From: Lama guanicoe | Taxonomy: Eukaryota | Reading direction: 5' to 3' | Assembly: GCA_013239625.1 (NCBI GenBank) | Contig: MU054323.1 | Location: 11,927,815-11,991,814, forward strand | DNA: 64,000 nt | Shown here: positions 49,496 to 61,448 of the stretch, one piece after another | How the letters are laid out: every line of letters begins with the position of its first letter | Numbering within the stretch: the stretch's first letter is position 1 | Notes under the pieces: generated by a model | The model's input: the letters and a program-made list of their open reading frames with translations, nothing else | What the model was told of the DNA's origin: nothing | Database searches by the model: none | Translations under genes and position numbers: made by a program

Positions 49496-51499
49496 AAAAA
49501 CTTTAGTTGATAAAATAATAATAAAACTCATTTGAACAAAGCAGAACAAAAATATCATTGGGACCCATCCTCTCCTTTTAGTTCCTGTTGGCGTCCCTGG
49601 CTCCCTTCTCTTCCTCGGTTGCGTATTCACACTCACCTGTCAGCACAGGGCTTCTGTGCACCACTTCTACTCACACTGCTCTCTCAGCAGTGCCCAGTGA
49701 CACCCCAGTGACCAGAGGTGAAGGCTCAGCTGTGTGTTCAAAATCTTCCAGTCTCTACACCTAAATGGCCAGCATCCCCTCTACTTTACCCAGATTGTTG
49801 CCCTCAACTGTCATGGTCACCACAGCAGCTATGCTCTTCCTGACCCCAGCCCTCTGAAGAGAGACAGTCATCAAGAGCCTTTATCCTCTATAAAGGTGGG
49901 TGATGGTGATGTTACAAACCACTGCTGCTACGACTCCTAATAGCTTCCATTCGTCCGAAACCTTAGATGCCCCAGCTCCCCCAGGTGTTTTATATTGGGG
50001 TGAGGCTGCTTCCCACCAAACTGAGACAGTTTTCCTGAGCTCCCTGTTTGTGGGGTGGGCTCTGGCGTTAAGTGCTCTGGTGACTATTTCTTGCCCTTTT
50101 TCCTTTGCATGAGATAAGGTGCAGCTTTCTCTCACTCTGCATGCCTACCACGATAACCTCTACTCTTCTTTGTTTTACATTTCCCCTTGACCTCTCCCTT
50201 GGTTGATATGTGGCATTTGGTATGTGTACGACTTATAGAGCCTCGACCTACTGGAGCCAAGATACCAGGACAATCACCATCTATCAAGAACCTTCCCATG
50301 GGGACAGCGCTGTGTGTTAACACGCTCAGAGGTCCCAAGAAGAAGATAAAATGAGATCTCTGAGAACAAACATCTTTGACTTGTGACTTGTGGGCAAAGT
50401 TCCCTGGACAGGCTGGCTTCCCCTCTCATGGCTGTGGAAGGATGTAGCTTGATTAGAGGATGGGAGGGGCTGGATGGAGACAGTTGTCAAATGTCACCAT
50501 GGGGGTCCCAGGTTATTTGTTTGAGGTTTTAGCTGGTTGAATGGCTGTTTGTTTCCTCCTGATTTCTATGACACACCTTTGAGCAAGGCCACGAGTTGAA
50601 CAAGGCCCGTGGTCAACAGGAGTCAATGAGCACTGAGATTCGGAGAGCCAAGATGCAGGGACATGGCCAACAAAAGATAAAAGGGTGTTCTGGTAACACT
50701 TTACATATGCTGTTTTATTTACTATTTATAATAATTGTAGCTGGAGAGAAATGTAACTCTCTCCCTGTTATAGATGAGGAAACAGGCTCAGAAGGTTTAG
50801 CCAGATCGCCCAAGCCACATCGCTAGGACACATGGAGTGCAGGCTGAGTTCCAGTCTCACTTTTCCTCCACTCCGGTATCAGTTTCCTGTCTTCTCTCTT
50901 TTCTTACTTATTCCTTGGGGCCTTCCTCTCTCAGAATTAGCTGGCCTGAGATTAGCTCCCCCACTTCTTGTGGGAGACTCCTACAGTGCACACGAGCTGC
51001 GTTACTCACTTGAACGTTGACTTCAGAATCCTCTAATATACTCTAGTCTAACCGAGTCTCCTGACATATTACTTCTGGTTTCAAGCGTGCTTATCTCGTA
51101 TCCTCAATAAAAGCACAGACTTCTTGAGAGAGGACAACTGCTCTGCTCCCCTCTCCCCAGCTCCGCCTAGAAAAATGCTGACTAAGCAGGAGGTGACCAC
51201 CATGTCCTGGAATCTGTGAATTTAATTGGTCCTTAAAGACTGTTCTCACCCAGGACTAGACCACTGCAGAAACTCAAGAATCACGTGAACAAATGAAGAA
51301 GGAGATATATTGTTTCACCTGACTTCACTACCTCTGGTTCTTTTTGCCCTTAAATAGCAATCTCTACATTCTTCTAGGAGGATAGAGAGTTAATTCCATT
51401 CCTTGCAGGGTTTTGGTCTCAGAGTTCCAGAGTTGACAGTTGACAGTCCCTACTGAAACTCATTTAGGGGACGCACTAACTTTGCTTTTAAAAGCACTG

Positions 51500-51752
51500 C
51501 AGGTTCACAGTCCCTCATTCTAAACTCATAACCAGGTGTGTTTCATACTCCAGATTTTAGGAAGGTGACCTGGTGCATATTCACTGTATCATGAAACAAC
51601 TCCAGCAGGGTCCAGAGCAGCACCTCATTACTATTTTTAAATATAGCTGCCTGCCACTTCAGGAGAGGTTTTGCTACCAAATGAGCTTTGACACCAACCA
51701 TACAATTTTCAGAACTTGTTGACCAGAATTGTAGATAACAAAACGTGGACCC
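51500..51752. mobile_element. Old TcMar-Tigger-like MITE
   Basis: Degenerate inverted termini caggttcacagtccctcattc / gataacaaaacgtggacc. Confidence 0.4.
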
Positions 51753-51764
51753 CTAATAGACGAC

Positions 51765-51930
51765 AATTATTGGGTGCTTATTATAGGCTAGACTCTGCTA
51801 AATGCCTACTGTGAGTCACCTCATATAATCCACCAATAGCACTGGCTCTCATTTTACTTCCATTTCACAGGTGAGGAAACTGACGCTAAAAGAAGTTAGC
51901 ACGTTGCTCAAGATCACACCCAGAGTGAGC
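51765..51930 (-). mobile_element. MIR SINE
   Basis: attattgggtgcttatta...ccatttcacaggtgaggaaactga...gaagttag...ttgctcaagatcacac. Confidence 0.75.
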
Positions 51931-52234
51931 ATCGGACCAGGACCCTAGGGTAGTTACAGGCATCCTCTTCTTCCCCCATTTCTGTGGTCCCCTCTGGGGG
52001 CACCTAGGATGGTGAGCCAGGAGAGGCAAGTGACTCCCATGGGACCACTGGGCTATAGGCCTGGGCAGAGTTCACCCTCAGACGTGGAGGGGAAGAGCCC
52101 CAGGTCTTGAAAGCAAGAGTCAAGAGGAAATCAGCCACCTTTCTGAACTAACTGAAGGGCTAAGCCTCAGCCTTGACCGTGAGTGGGACAAGCACGACCC
52201 AGGCATCACCGGGCCTGGAGGGTCCGCAGACTGT

Positions 52235-52450
52235 GCAGTGGTTAACAGCAGGGGCTCTGGGGTCAGACCATGGGGGTCCAAGCCTGCAACTAGCTGGGGG
52301 ATGCTGGGCAAACTTCCTTCCTTGCCCAGTTTCAGTTCCCTGTTCTGTAAGATAAGGTTTCCTGATGCTTCAGCCCAAGGCTGTTTTGGAGATTAAATGT
52401 GACAATCCATGTAAACACAATGCCTGATGCGGAGGAGGCCCTCGATATTA
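52235..52450 (+). mobile_element. MIR SINE
   Basis: gcagtggttaa..gca.gggctctggggtcagac...cagttccctgttctgtaa...gagattaaat...atgtaaa. Confidence 0.7.
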
Positions 52451-55400
52451 GCTGTGGGTAGAAGCCTGGGACGGAAGGAAACAGGATGGTAGACTGAGAT
52501 CATCAAAGAAGAGAGGAATCAATTGTCTGAACTTTTCAGTGTTCGAGTGCCCAGTCTGAATCCTTTCACTGCTATAACATCCTTGTTTCAGTCCCTCTCT
52601 GCTCAGCCACACTAGACTGATGGTTTGAGGAGGTAAGAGCAAGGCTGTGGGGCTGAGGGAAGACATGTGTGTCCAGAACACACCATGTGGAGGTGGTGCG
52701 GCCTTTTCACCCTGGCCTGGTGGTAGGTGAGGGTTACAGTGCCTGGTCCCGACAAAGACCTTGGACTTGACCTGCAGTCTCTGAACAGCTCAGAGACAAA
52801 TGGATAGGTCACTACTCCTGTCAGTTCCTGCTACACAAACGCCCTGGGAAATGGCCTTGGTCACCCACGGTTTCCCTCCTGTACCCCTGAGAATAACTGA
52901 AACGATGGTGGGCCTTACTGACAGTTTGCCCTTCCCCCTACCAAACATGGCAGAAACGGCCCCTGGGGCAGCAGGGACAGACACCCATTCCATTGGCCCT
53001 GAGGCAGCCAAGATTTGCCCAGAGGAACGCTAACAGGACCAAACTTCCCTGAGGTCTTCCAGGGCCAACACTGGAGTCACCCCAGGCCTGGGGCCACATT
53101 CTATAAGACGCTTCCTGAAACTCTGCAGCTCAAAAGCCTTCCTCTGACTCACAAACTCATGGCCAGACATAGGCACCCAACGAGGGGCAACAGAAAACAA
53201 AATTCCAGGAAGATAGAGCATTTGACCATTCACCAACGTGAGTCCCTGGTCACCACTGAGTCCTCAGGGAAGAATGGTGTTTGGCAAACAGTTGGTGCTC
53301 AACAAATGTTTGTTGAGTGAGCAAAGAAAAGCACACGCACCTTTTGGACACTGCAGTGTATGGCTCAGCCTCCCCTGAGGGGTGTCTCTGCCTTGTCCTC
53401 CCGGTCCTGGCTCAGGCACGTCTGGCCGGCACTGGGGGCGCATCTGACCACAAAGGCCCACACCTGAGGCAAGAGGTGCCCACGCCAGAGGAATCGGCCC
53501 GATTGGCTGGGCTGAACCGCTGTCAGCTGTGGCCTGTCAACCCCTACTTAAAGCTCACAATGTCTGCTCTTGTTCCACAGACAGACCTGCCATTAGGAGG
53601 TTTCCAGACCAACACTCAGCTGCTCTGAAGAGCAATAATTAAATCAGCAGACCGTGATGTCTGCTTTCTGTTCCTTTCGCACCTGTCTGCCAACAGGATT
53701 ACTGGATAAAAGATCTTGGCTCTGCCCAGAAGGGTGAGGACTCAACAAAAAAATTCAGAAGGCCTGGGGCTGGTGGGGAGGGAGGTGGTGGCCAGTCACG
53801 TGCAGGCCAGCTTCTGAGACCCACACAGCAACTCACTGACACTGACACTGACGGGCTGCCATGTGGCCCGGGGGAGCTGTGGTGGGCTGGAATGAAAGCA
53901 GCTCACAGAGTCAGTCATAGGCTATAGATTCCGGCCAGGAGTCATGGCTCCTTCCCGAGGATTTATAGGGTGCTCCTACGTGTCAGGGCTGTACCGGCAT
54001 CTCTCTCTCTCTCTCAGTTCCCTTCTTAAGTGGCCCAGAGGTTAGCAATTTCCCCAGGCGTGCCCACCAGAAATACTTGCAGACTGGGCAGAGGCAGAGG
54101 TGGGTGACAGTCCAGATTAGACGCCAGGGCTGTGAGAGGCTCTGCCACCGGGTTCCCCTCCTTTCCTCGCACAGCTCAGTGACCCGCCCTGGACAGTGTC
54201 CTGGGTTTGGTGCAGTGGGCTCGGAAAATCAGAAAGGAGAAACCTCTCGGCTCCCAGGGGCCGTGGCAGTGGAGGTCAACATGTCACTTTCCTCTCTCAG
54301 GACCCTTCGGCCTTCCGCAAATACGGCCTGGAATTCCCCAAACCCCAGCTGATTGTCCAGGAAAAAGAAAAAAATAACCACAGAGCCCCCACTGAGCCCT
54401 GCCCTGCTCCAGGTCCCATAAACACGGGGTGATAAAAATACTTGGAACCCTTGAAAGGATGCCTTCCGCACCATAGCTGAGGGTGAGGCCCCAGGCTCTG
54501 AGACAGGCAGGAGCTGCCCCGAAAAGAGAAAGCAGAGGCTGCGACCACCTCCAGCCGGGCCTGGGGGCCTCTGCCCTGAGAGGTTCTGGTGGGGAAAGCC
54601 GGAAGTAGAAGCATCTCTGGAGCCTGGGAGCCAGGACACTCACCTGGGAGGCCCTGGAAGCAAATGATGTAGGAGGCCTGCCAAGTCTTACTGAGAGAGA
54701 AACCCAACTAAGGTCAGTCATGGTTTTTCTTTGTAGCTGAAAGGTCTAATGAAATAACAAGCAGAAAAACCTGTTATCATCAAGTGGCTTTTCTGAAGGT
54801 GAGCCTCCACCCAGGGTCGGGAAAGAGCTCCTTCGAACGATAAGCTGCCGCTGCACCAGACACAGCGAGTCTTTGTCACAAGCTAGAAAGTGAGAAGTCA
54901 CAGTCCCGGCAGGGGTGCCTGACGGGATGGCAGGAGGCGGTCGGGCTGTTACCCAGTGGGGGCAGGGAGCAGTGATGACACCAGGGAGTTCGCCAGGCCG
55001 TCCCTCGGTGCTCTGGCTCAGTCTTGACAGCACATGGGAAATGAAGCAGACATGGGCTCAGAATAGCACTGAAGAGGCTCCAACTCCTCAGGGATGAGGG
55101 TCTATCTGGGTCTCACCACCAGGGATGCTGTTGAGACCAGTAGGAGGGCGGGCTGAGGATGAGGGCGACTAGGATGGAGAATCAGGAGGGAGACCAGCTG
55201 AGGTCTGTCTCATTTCCTCTTGTAAGCTTCCCCCAGGAAGAGAGACTGCCAGAATTCTGACAAGCTGCTTCCAGAACTGACGAGAAGACATGGGTCCAAG
55301 TGGCACAGAAGATGGACCATTGAAGATGCTGTGATGAGCAGCTGAGATGCCCCTTCAGGGATAAAGGACTGATTCCCTCCGCTGCTGAAGTGCTGCCAGC

Positions 55401-56979
55401 TGAGAACCCCGTTCAGAACTGCCTTCAGAGTAGAGAGCTGCCCTACTTCAAACCACACCCTCTTCCCAGGGCATCCTGCATGGACACTAACCACAACTCA
55501 AGGCGACTCTAGAGGCCCACCCCAGCTTCCGAGCTCCCCACAGAGTTGGCTGAGGCCTCTGTTGCCTCTGCACTGCACCCCAACTCCCCCCAACTTCCCC
55601 CCCCAATCCTGCTTCCTCCTTCCCTCTCTTCCGAGACATCCCCGTAAACTTGCGCTGCCCTCCGGTCCTGCCTCCGCCTGGCGTACTGGCATGGAGTTAA
55701 GCACCCCCATGTGTTTGTTAAAATAAACACATCTCCTGAAGTTTGTTCACTGTGTATGCATTACCTGCTAAAAATTTAAATAATATTACTAGAGCAGGTG
55801 GAAATGATCTCCTCCCCCCCCCCATACACAAACCTCCTGGAGAAGCCCTGAAGTCAACTCCAGGAGCCCTCTGGACTTCTGAAAACCAATAGAATAGGTC
55901 ATCACTTGAGGCAGAAGGGAGGCTGGGGCAGGGCACTGGTTCAGGGCTAGGGTGCCCGAGTTTGAGCTGCGCTTCTGCCCCTGCAGCTGGGTGAGCTTAA
56001 GTGTCAGCCCCCTCCTCTCCCAGCCTCTCACCTGTCTCAACTGCCCCGCCTCCTCCCTGGGTTGTGTTGGAGAGCAAATGAGATCTTCAAATATTGTATC
56101 TGGAAGGGCATTTAAAACCGCAAAGGGCTATGCAGAAACAGAGAACATCCTTTAGCAGATGGTCAATGAACTGTGTTCACTCACTGTATTCCTGACTAAT
56201 TCTGGACACTCATCCGCCCCCGCCTGGGGTTGGATAAACAGGACAGCAGTATGATCTGCCCTAAATACATCCACTGTCTTTCTCTTCTGGTTCACGTTGG
56301 AAGACTCAAATAAGATAACAAATGTGAGAGTGCTTCAGACGTCATACTAGTGTGTTTAGGTGTGATAAACTGTGTATGTGCATGGGGCTGGGGAGGGGTG
56401 GGCTGGACCCAAACAAGAAGACCCAGGTTCCACACTTTCTCTGCCACTTACTAACTTGGTGGCCTGGGACAAATCACCTAACTTTTCTTCTGTTAAATGA
56501 GACTGGTAACTCAAGCTTTGCTTTCCTTACAGATGTTACCCACCCCTCCCCCATCCTTTTTTTGAAAGTCAGTGAAAATACATATTTGGAAGCATTTGGG
56601 ATAAGCAGGTCTGGCCCCCACATAGCAGCCCAGGATCCCAGCGGGAAGGGGAGCTCACCCTTCTGGGGTGAGAAGGGAAGTGCTGGGCTTGTATCTCAAA
56701 TTCCCAGCACACAAGCCCAGGCGCCTCCCTTGCCCCTTCTCTCTCCATTCATCATACATCCCTTTATTCTGGGTGTGGACCAATGGCATCCTGCCTTGGT
56801 GGAGAATGACCCAAGTCCTGTGATGCGCAGGGTTCCATCCACTGCCAGCAGCTGACAGAACAACTCAACATCTAGCTAATGTCAGGTAGCAGCTGGTAGG
56901 TGAAGGCAATCAGCTCAGACACCACTCTGTGCGTTTCTAGGTCAGATGAGTTTCTGGATCGAGGGGTCAAGGTATTACC

Positions 56980-57170
56980 TGAGAGCACAGAGTTTCAAGT
57001 CAGCTGACCTAGATGCAAGTTTTGACTCAGCCACTCACCCACCCAATTCGTGACTTCAGTGACTTAGCTAACCTCTCAGAGCCTATTTCCTTATCTAGAA
57101 AATAGGATTAAGGTCCACGTCATAGACTCAGTGCAAATTAAAAACAAAAGTATTTGTGAGGTATGAAAAG
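56980..57170 (+). mobile_element. MIR SINE
   Basis: gagagcacaga...tcagccactcacc...aacctctcagagcctatttccttatct.gaaaatagga. Confidence 0.65.
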
Positions 57171-57266
57171 CTACAGGGAGGTGGGATCACATGAAGGTGA
57201 AGAATGTGGTATTTGGGTCCCAGCTCCACTGTTCACTCATGCTGGGACCTTGGACAGGCACTGAAA

Positions 57267-58055
57267 TTTTTTTTTTTTAATATGGACTTTATGTTTTAGA
57301 GCAGTCTTAGGTTCACAGCAAAGTTGAGCAGAACGCAAAGAGACTTCAGTATCCCCCATTTCCCCACCTCCAGAGCCTTCCCACCATCAACAGCCTGCCC
57401 AATGGTGGTGGGACAGGAGGGGCAGGATACAGCCATTAAAGGAATGATGCAGCATTTCATGTCAAGATGGCAGAAAAGTCAACTCTCAGGAGACCCTGAG
57501 GCCCAAGATGGCAGGAGAGTTGACCTCCAGTGGACCTTGAGCTTCATTATACATGTTGTAATGTACTATCGTGGTGGCTGACACACCCACAAGTGCCATG
57601 ACAGTTCTAAACTAACCATGAAAAGTCAAAGAGAGGCTGTAGCCAATTCCTGGGAATCCCTGCCCCTTCTCTAAAGCAGTTGGAACAATCCCCTCACTTG
57701 TTAGCATATAAAAATTAGTAACACTGTGACTCGAGGTCGTGGCTCTCTTTTGCCTTCTGAGACAGCCTGCACTCTGTCCGTGGAGTGTACATCTCTCTAA
57801 ACAAATCTACTTTTACTCAGCTATGGCTTGCTCTTGAATTCTTTCCTGCGTGAAACCAAGGACCCTCACTTGGCAGGGCATGTCCCAGGGACTCATCCAA
57901 GACCTGGGGACATGGCCATCCTCCCATGCCCAATTTTCCTGTATCAGTGGTGTATTTGTTACAACTGATGAATCTACATTTTCACCCAAAGTCATTATCA
58001 CCCAAAATCTACAGTTTCCATTAAGGTTCACTCTTGGTGCTGTACAACCTATGGG
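57267..58055 (-). mobile_element. L1MC-like 3' end interrupted by an ERV1 solo LTR
   Basis: Poly-T then ttttagagcagt.ttaggttcacagcaaa.ttgagcag (to ~57405); resumes at 57947 with gtggt.tatttgttacaa.tgatgaa...ggttcactcttggtg.tgtaca. Reverse-complement similar to 36300-36520. Confidence 0.8.
57406..57946 (+). mobile_element. ERV1 solo LTR, MER41-like
   Basis: TG...CA termini with a 4-bp near-TSD (atgg/gtgg); MER41-type motifs caagatggc, cattataca, cccac.agtgccatgacagtt, ttagcatata, ttgaattctttcctgcg.ga.accaag.accctc; TATA at 57707-57713. Confidence 0.8.
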
Positions 58056-58904
58056 GTCTCCTCCACCGTCTCCTTCCCAAGGCCACACCCCAGGCAGCTT
58101 CCCCCGCCTCTTCCTCTGCTTCACTCATCGGAAGATAAGCCCTGCCCCTAACCAGAAGCTCAGAGGCGACAAAAACAAGGCTTTTTTTTTCTTTTCGCCT
58201 ATTTCCTCTGAACTCACTTCACTGTTCCCAGAATTACCAGGTCACCAGGAAGCTTTGCTAGCTGTTTTGCTGTTGTTGTTGTTTTGGGTTTTTTTTTTCT
58301 CACTTTTTGCTTCTCTGATGACAAGGTTTACTTGTGGTCTGGACTTGAGTATAAAATGTGAGCCAGGAGTATTTCTTTGGAACCCACTTCTTGGGTATTT
58401 CCCTGGAGAGGCTGAGTGAGGAGATGGGACTGGATGACAAAATGAAGCTCCCATGTGGTATGTGGTTTTCAGATGGCAAAACATCCTTTCCTGCAGAAGG
58501 GACTGAAGACACATTCTCCAAGCCTCCAGCCCCGGGCCATGTTAGCCAGAGACAATAATGGTGGTTATATTCTGTATCTCATGCTTCCTTCTCCAGGCTG
58601 CTATGAAATGATTAAGCAGTCTGAGTCAGAATCAGACCTGAGCCTTTCAGGAGCCAGAAAGCTGGAGTTTCCACCAATGACACTTATAAAACAAGCAAGT
58701 GGAGGAGGCTGCCATCTGAGAGCCTGGCTTGGGTACCACTCTAGTGACATCATCAGAGTGTCCTCTGGCACATCACCTCCAAAACAAGGGTGTTGGACTT
58801 GATGACATCTTTGATCTCTTCTAGACCCATTTTTAAATACTCTTCCAAATGACTTTGGCACCATCCAGTAGCAGTTATTGCAATGATGGGCATTTGCACT
58901 AAAG

Positions 58905-59010
58905 CTACACTGTCCAGTAATGGCAGCCAGTAGCCACGTGTGGCCACTGAACATTTGAAATGTGCCTCATGTGGACAAGCAACATTTTAAATTTTGTTTA
59001 ATTTGAATTA
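58905..59010. mobile_element. MER3-like hAT-Charlie fragment
   Basis: ctgtccagta.tggcagcca.tagccacgtgtggc.actga.catttgaaatgtg. Confidence 0.7.
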
Positions 59011-59474
59011 CTTTACTTTACTACCATAGAAGTCAACACAGGTCCAGGGAGTGGATTCTGTCGTTTCTACGAGAAAACGATATTACAAGTCTGTCCGCTT
59101 CTCCTCACTTCCAGTTTCCACCCTATGCTGAACCATCACCATCTCCTCCTGCCTGGTTTTTCTTCTACTTTCAGTCTCTGTGATCCTTTAGGTACAGTGC
59201 AGAGTCAGCTTTTTCTTTTGGTGATGGGGAGGGGGGTTGGTTTTGTTTTGTTTTGAGTGAATGTCTTAAAACATAAAATTGACTAAGTTACTCCTCTTCT
59301 CAAAACACTTCAACAACTTCGCCCTTGCAGTAGAACTGAAAACCCTCTGTGAGGCCTGGACACTCTGAGCCCTGCTTCCATCTCCCCTTCACACCCCAAC
59401 ACTTTAGCCTCCTGGAAGCCACCAAATCCTCTTCCAGCTCAGGTCCTTTGCATAAACTTTCCCTTTGTCTTAGA

Positions 59475-59685
59475 GCTGGGCTATCCAATACAATGGCCAC
59501 TAGCCACCTGTCGCTTTTTACATATTATACACTTAAATTAACCGATCTGAAATAAACTTAAAAATTCAGTTCCTCAGTCACACGACATCTCAAGGGCTCA
59601 GCAGTCACATGTGGCTTATGGCTACCATATTGGACAGCATAAATATGGAATATTTACATCATCAGAGAAATTCTGGGACGTTCTT
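59475..59685. mobile_element. MER3-like hAT-Charlie element nested in L2-like sequence
   Basis: tccaata...gccactagccac...aaattcagttcctcagtcacac...cacatgtggct..tggctaccatattggacagca. Confidence 0.75.
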
Positions 59686-60629
59686 CCCTACACTCAAGCT
59701 TGGCTAATTTCTACCCAACCTTCAAGTCTCGGCTTAAATGTCACGTTCCCACAGAGGCCTTTTCTGATCCTCCAGTCTAAAATGAGTGCCCCTGCTCTCT
59801 TTCATATAGAGCCAACAGCTTTTTCAGTTCTTACAACTGTTTGCAAAGTTATAGTTCCATGTGTGGTTGTCTGATGCTTTTGTCTATGAAAGTCTAGGTT
59901 AATATCTTTTCTTTTTACCAGTCAATCCCAGGACCTTACTCAGAGCCTGTGGCTTAGCAGTAGCTCATTTGTGTTGGGTGAATAAATGAACTAGTGAATA
60001 AATGTAGAGATGGACGCAGCAGTTGCACGGTATTTACTCGTCTTTCAAAGCACTAGATAAAGAGGAAGAGCTCAGGAACCGCACGGTCCTGGACTGAAGT
60101 CCCGACACGCAGACTTGCGTAGCCAGCTGGTTCACCTTCCCGAGCCCACGTCTGCCCACATGGAAGAGGGCTGGCCACTGCCCCGCTCAGAGCGCGTTGC
60201 GAGCAGCAGAGGCGGTAGAGAAAGCTCCCAGCACACCATCAGTGCCTTGCTGTTCCCTACTTTTCCTTTCTCACTTCCCCTGTGTCCTCCCAGCCTCCTC
60301 CATGCTCTTCTCCCTCTCACACTGCATCTCTGGCCTCGGCCTCTGAGTTTTCTATTCTTAGTCCCATCTCCCCTGAGAGGCCTCAAGTTCTCCTTGAGCT
60401 GCTCAACTCAAGGATCCAACCAAAAGATTTCTCCAATACAGAGAGCCCACCTTGCTTGGGCCCGACCTCACGGCCCTCCCTGCCCCTGGGTGTCTAACCA
60501 GCCTGACCCACCTACCCACCCCGGACTCATCAAGGCGCACTCCAGTCCGGGAAGTGCTCTCCCCATTGCAGCGCACACAGCCTCTGCTGGAGAGAGAGCC
60601 TGCTCTGTTTCCAGGTGTTCTTGGTCAGT

Positions 60630-60790
60630 TTCTATCTGTGGACCACCGACATCAGCCTCCCCGCCAGTGCTTGTTTAAAATGCAGATTCCTGGGCCCCTA
60701 CTCCTGACCATTTCAACATAATCTCTGCGGGGGTGCCTGGAAGCTACATTTTTCAATAACCGGCTCAGGTGAGTCTGTTGCTCTACATCA
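60630..60790. mobile_element. MER5-like hAT-Charlie element
   Basis: gcttgtttaaaatgcagattcctgggcccc...aatctctg.ggg..gcctgg...cattttt...caggtga.tct. Confidence 0.7.
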
Positions 60791-60916
60791 AGGCTTCTCA
60801 CCGTGTAACATTCAGCCCCATCAAGCACTGGGAGGGCTCTTCTGAGAAGTCACTCACTGATCCTCCCTTTAATTTGAATAAAATTTCATTTTTGTATCAA
60901 AAGATGATTTACCAAA

Positions 60917-61010
60917 AAATTGTGCTCTACACTGGAATTTGACACATCATTGTAAAATGATTATAAATCAATTTTAAAAAATTAAACTAAAAAAATTTTT
61001 TAATTAAAAA
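60917..61010 (+). mobile_element. Extremely 5'-truncated young L1 (3' UTR tip plus A-rich tail) with 18-bp TSD
   Basis: Near-identical to 63359-63415; flanked by perfect aaaagatgatttaccaaa at 60899-60916 and 61011-61028. Confidence 0.9.
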
Positions 61011-61448
61011 AAAAGATGATTTACCAAATCCCAACCAAGTGAGTTCTTAAGTTGATTCCCACTATTATTTTGGATTCATAAACTCACCTTAAACATTCAG
61101 TCAGCTTTACAGTGGACCCCACTCATTGTTCTCCAGGGAGGGAGGCAGCTGTGCAGCACGAGGCCCCCAGGTGGACCTCCACCAGGCACGTGTCTGCAAA
61201 GACGCTCCAAGTCCCGAAGGTGTATAGGACTTACTGCAATCAGAGGCCCCTCACTGTCTTGAGTCAGTCGTGATTCTGAATTGCCACTCTTCATGGTCTT
61301 TAATGATAACTTGTGGTTGGTTTGTGGTTGTTGACTTCATTTATTACGGATTGTACGGTGAGCCCTATAATATTGCGGGGTGCAGGATGTCACCACAAGT
61401 GGGGCCTAAACATTCCAAATAACTAGACTTTAAGACTTACAGCTTGTT

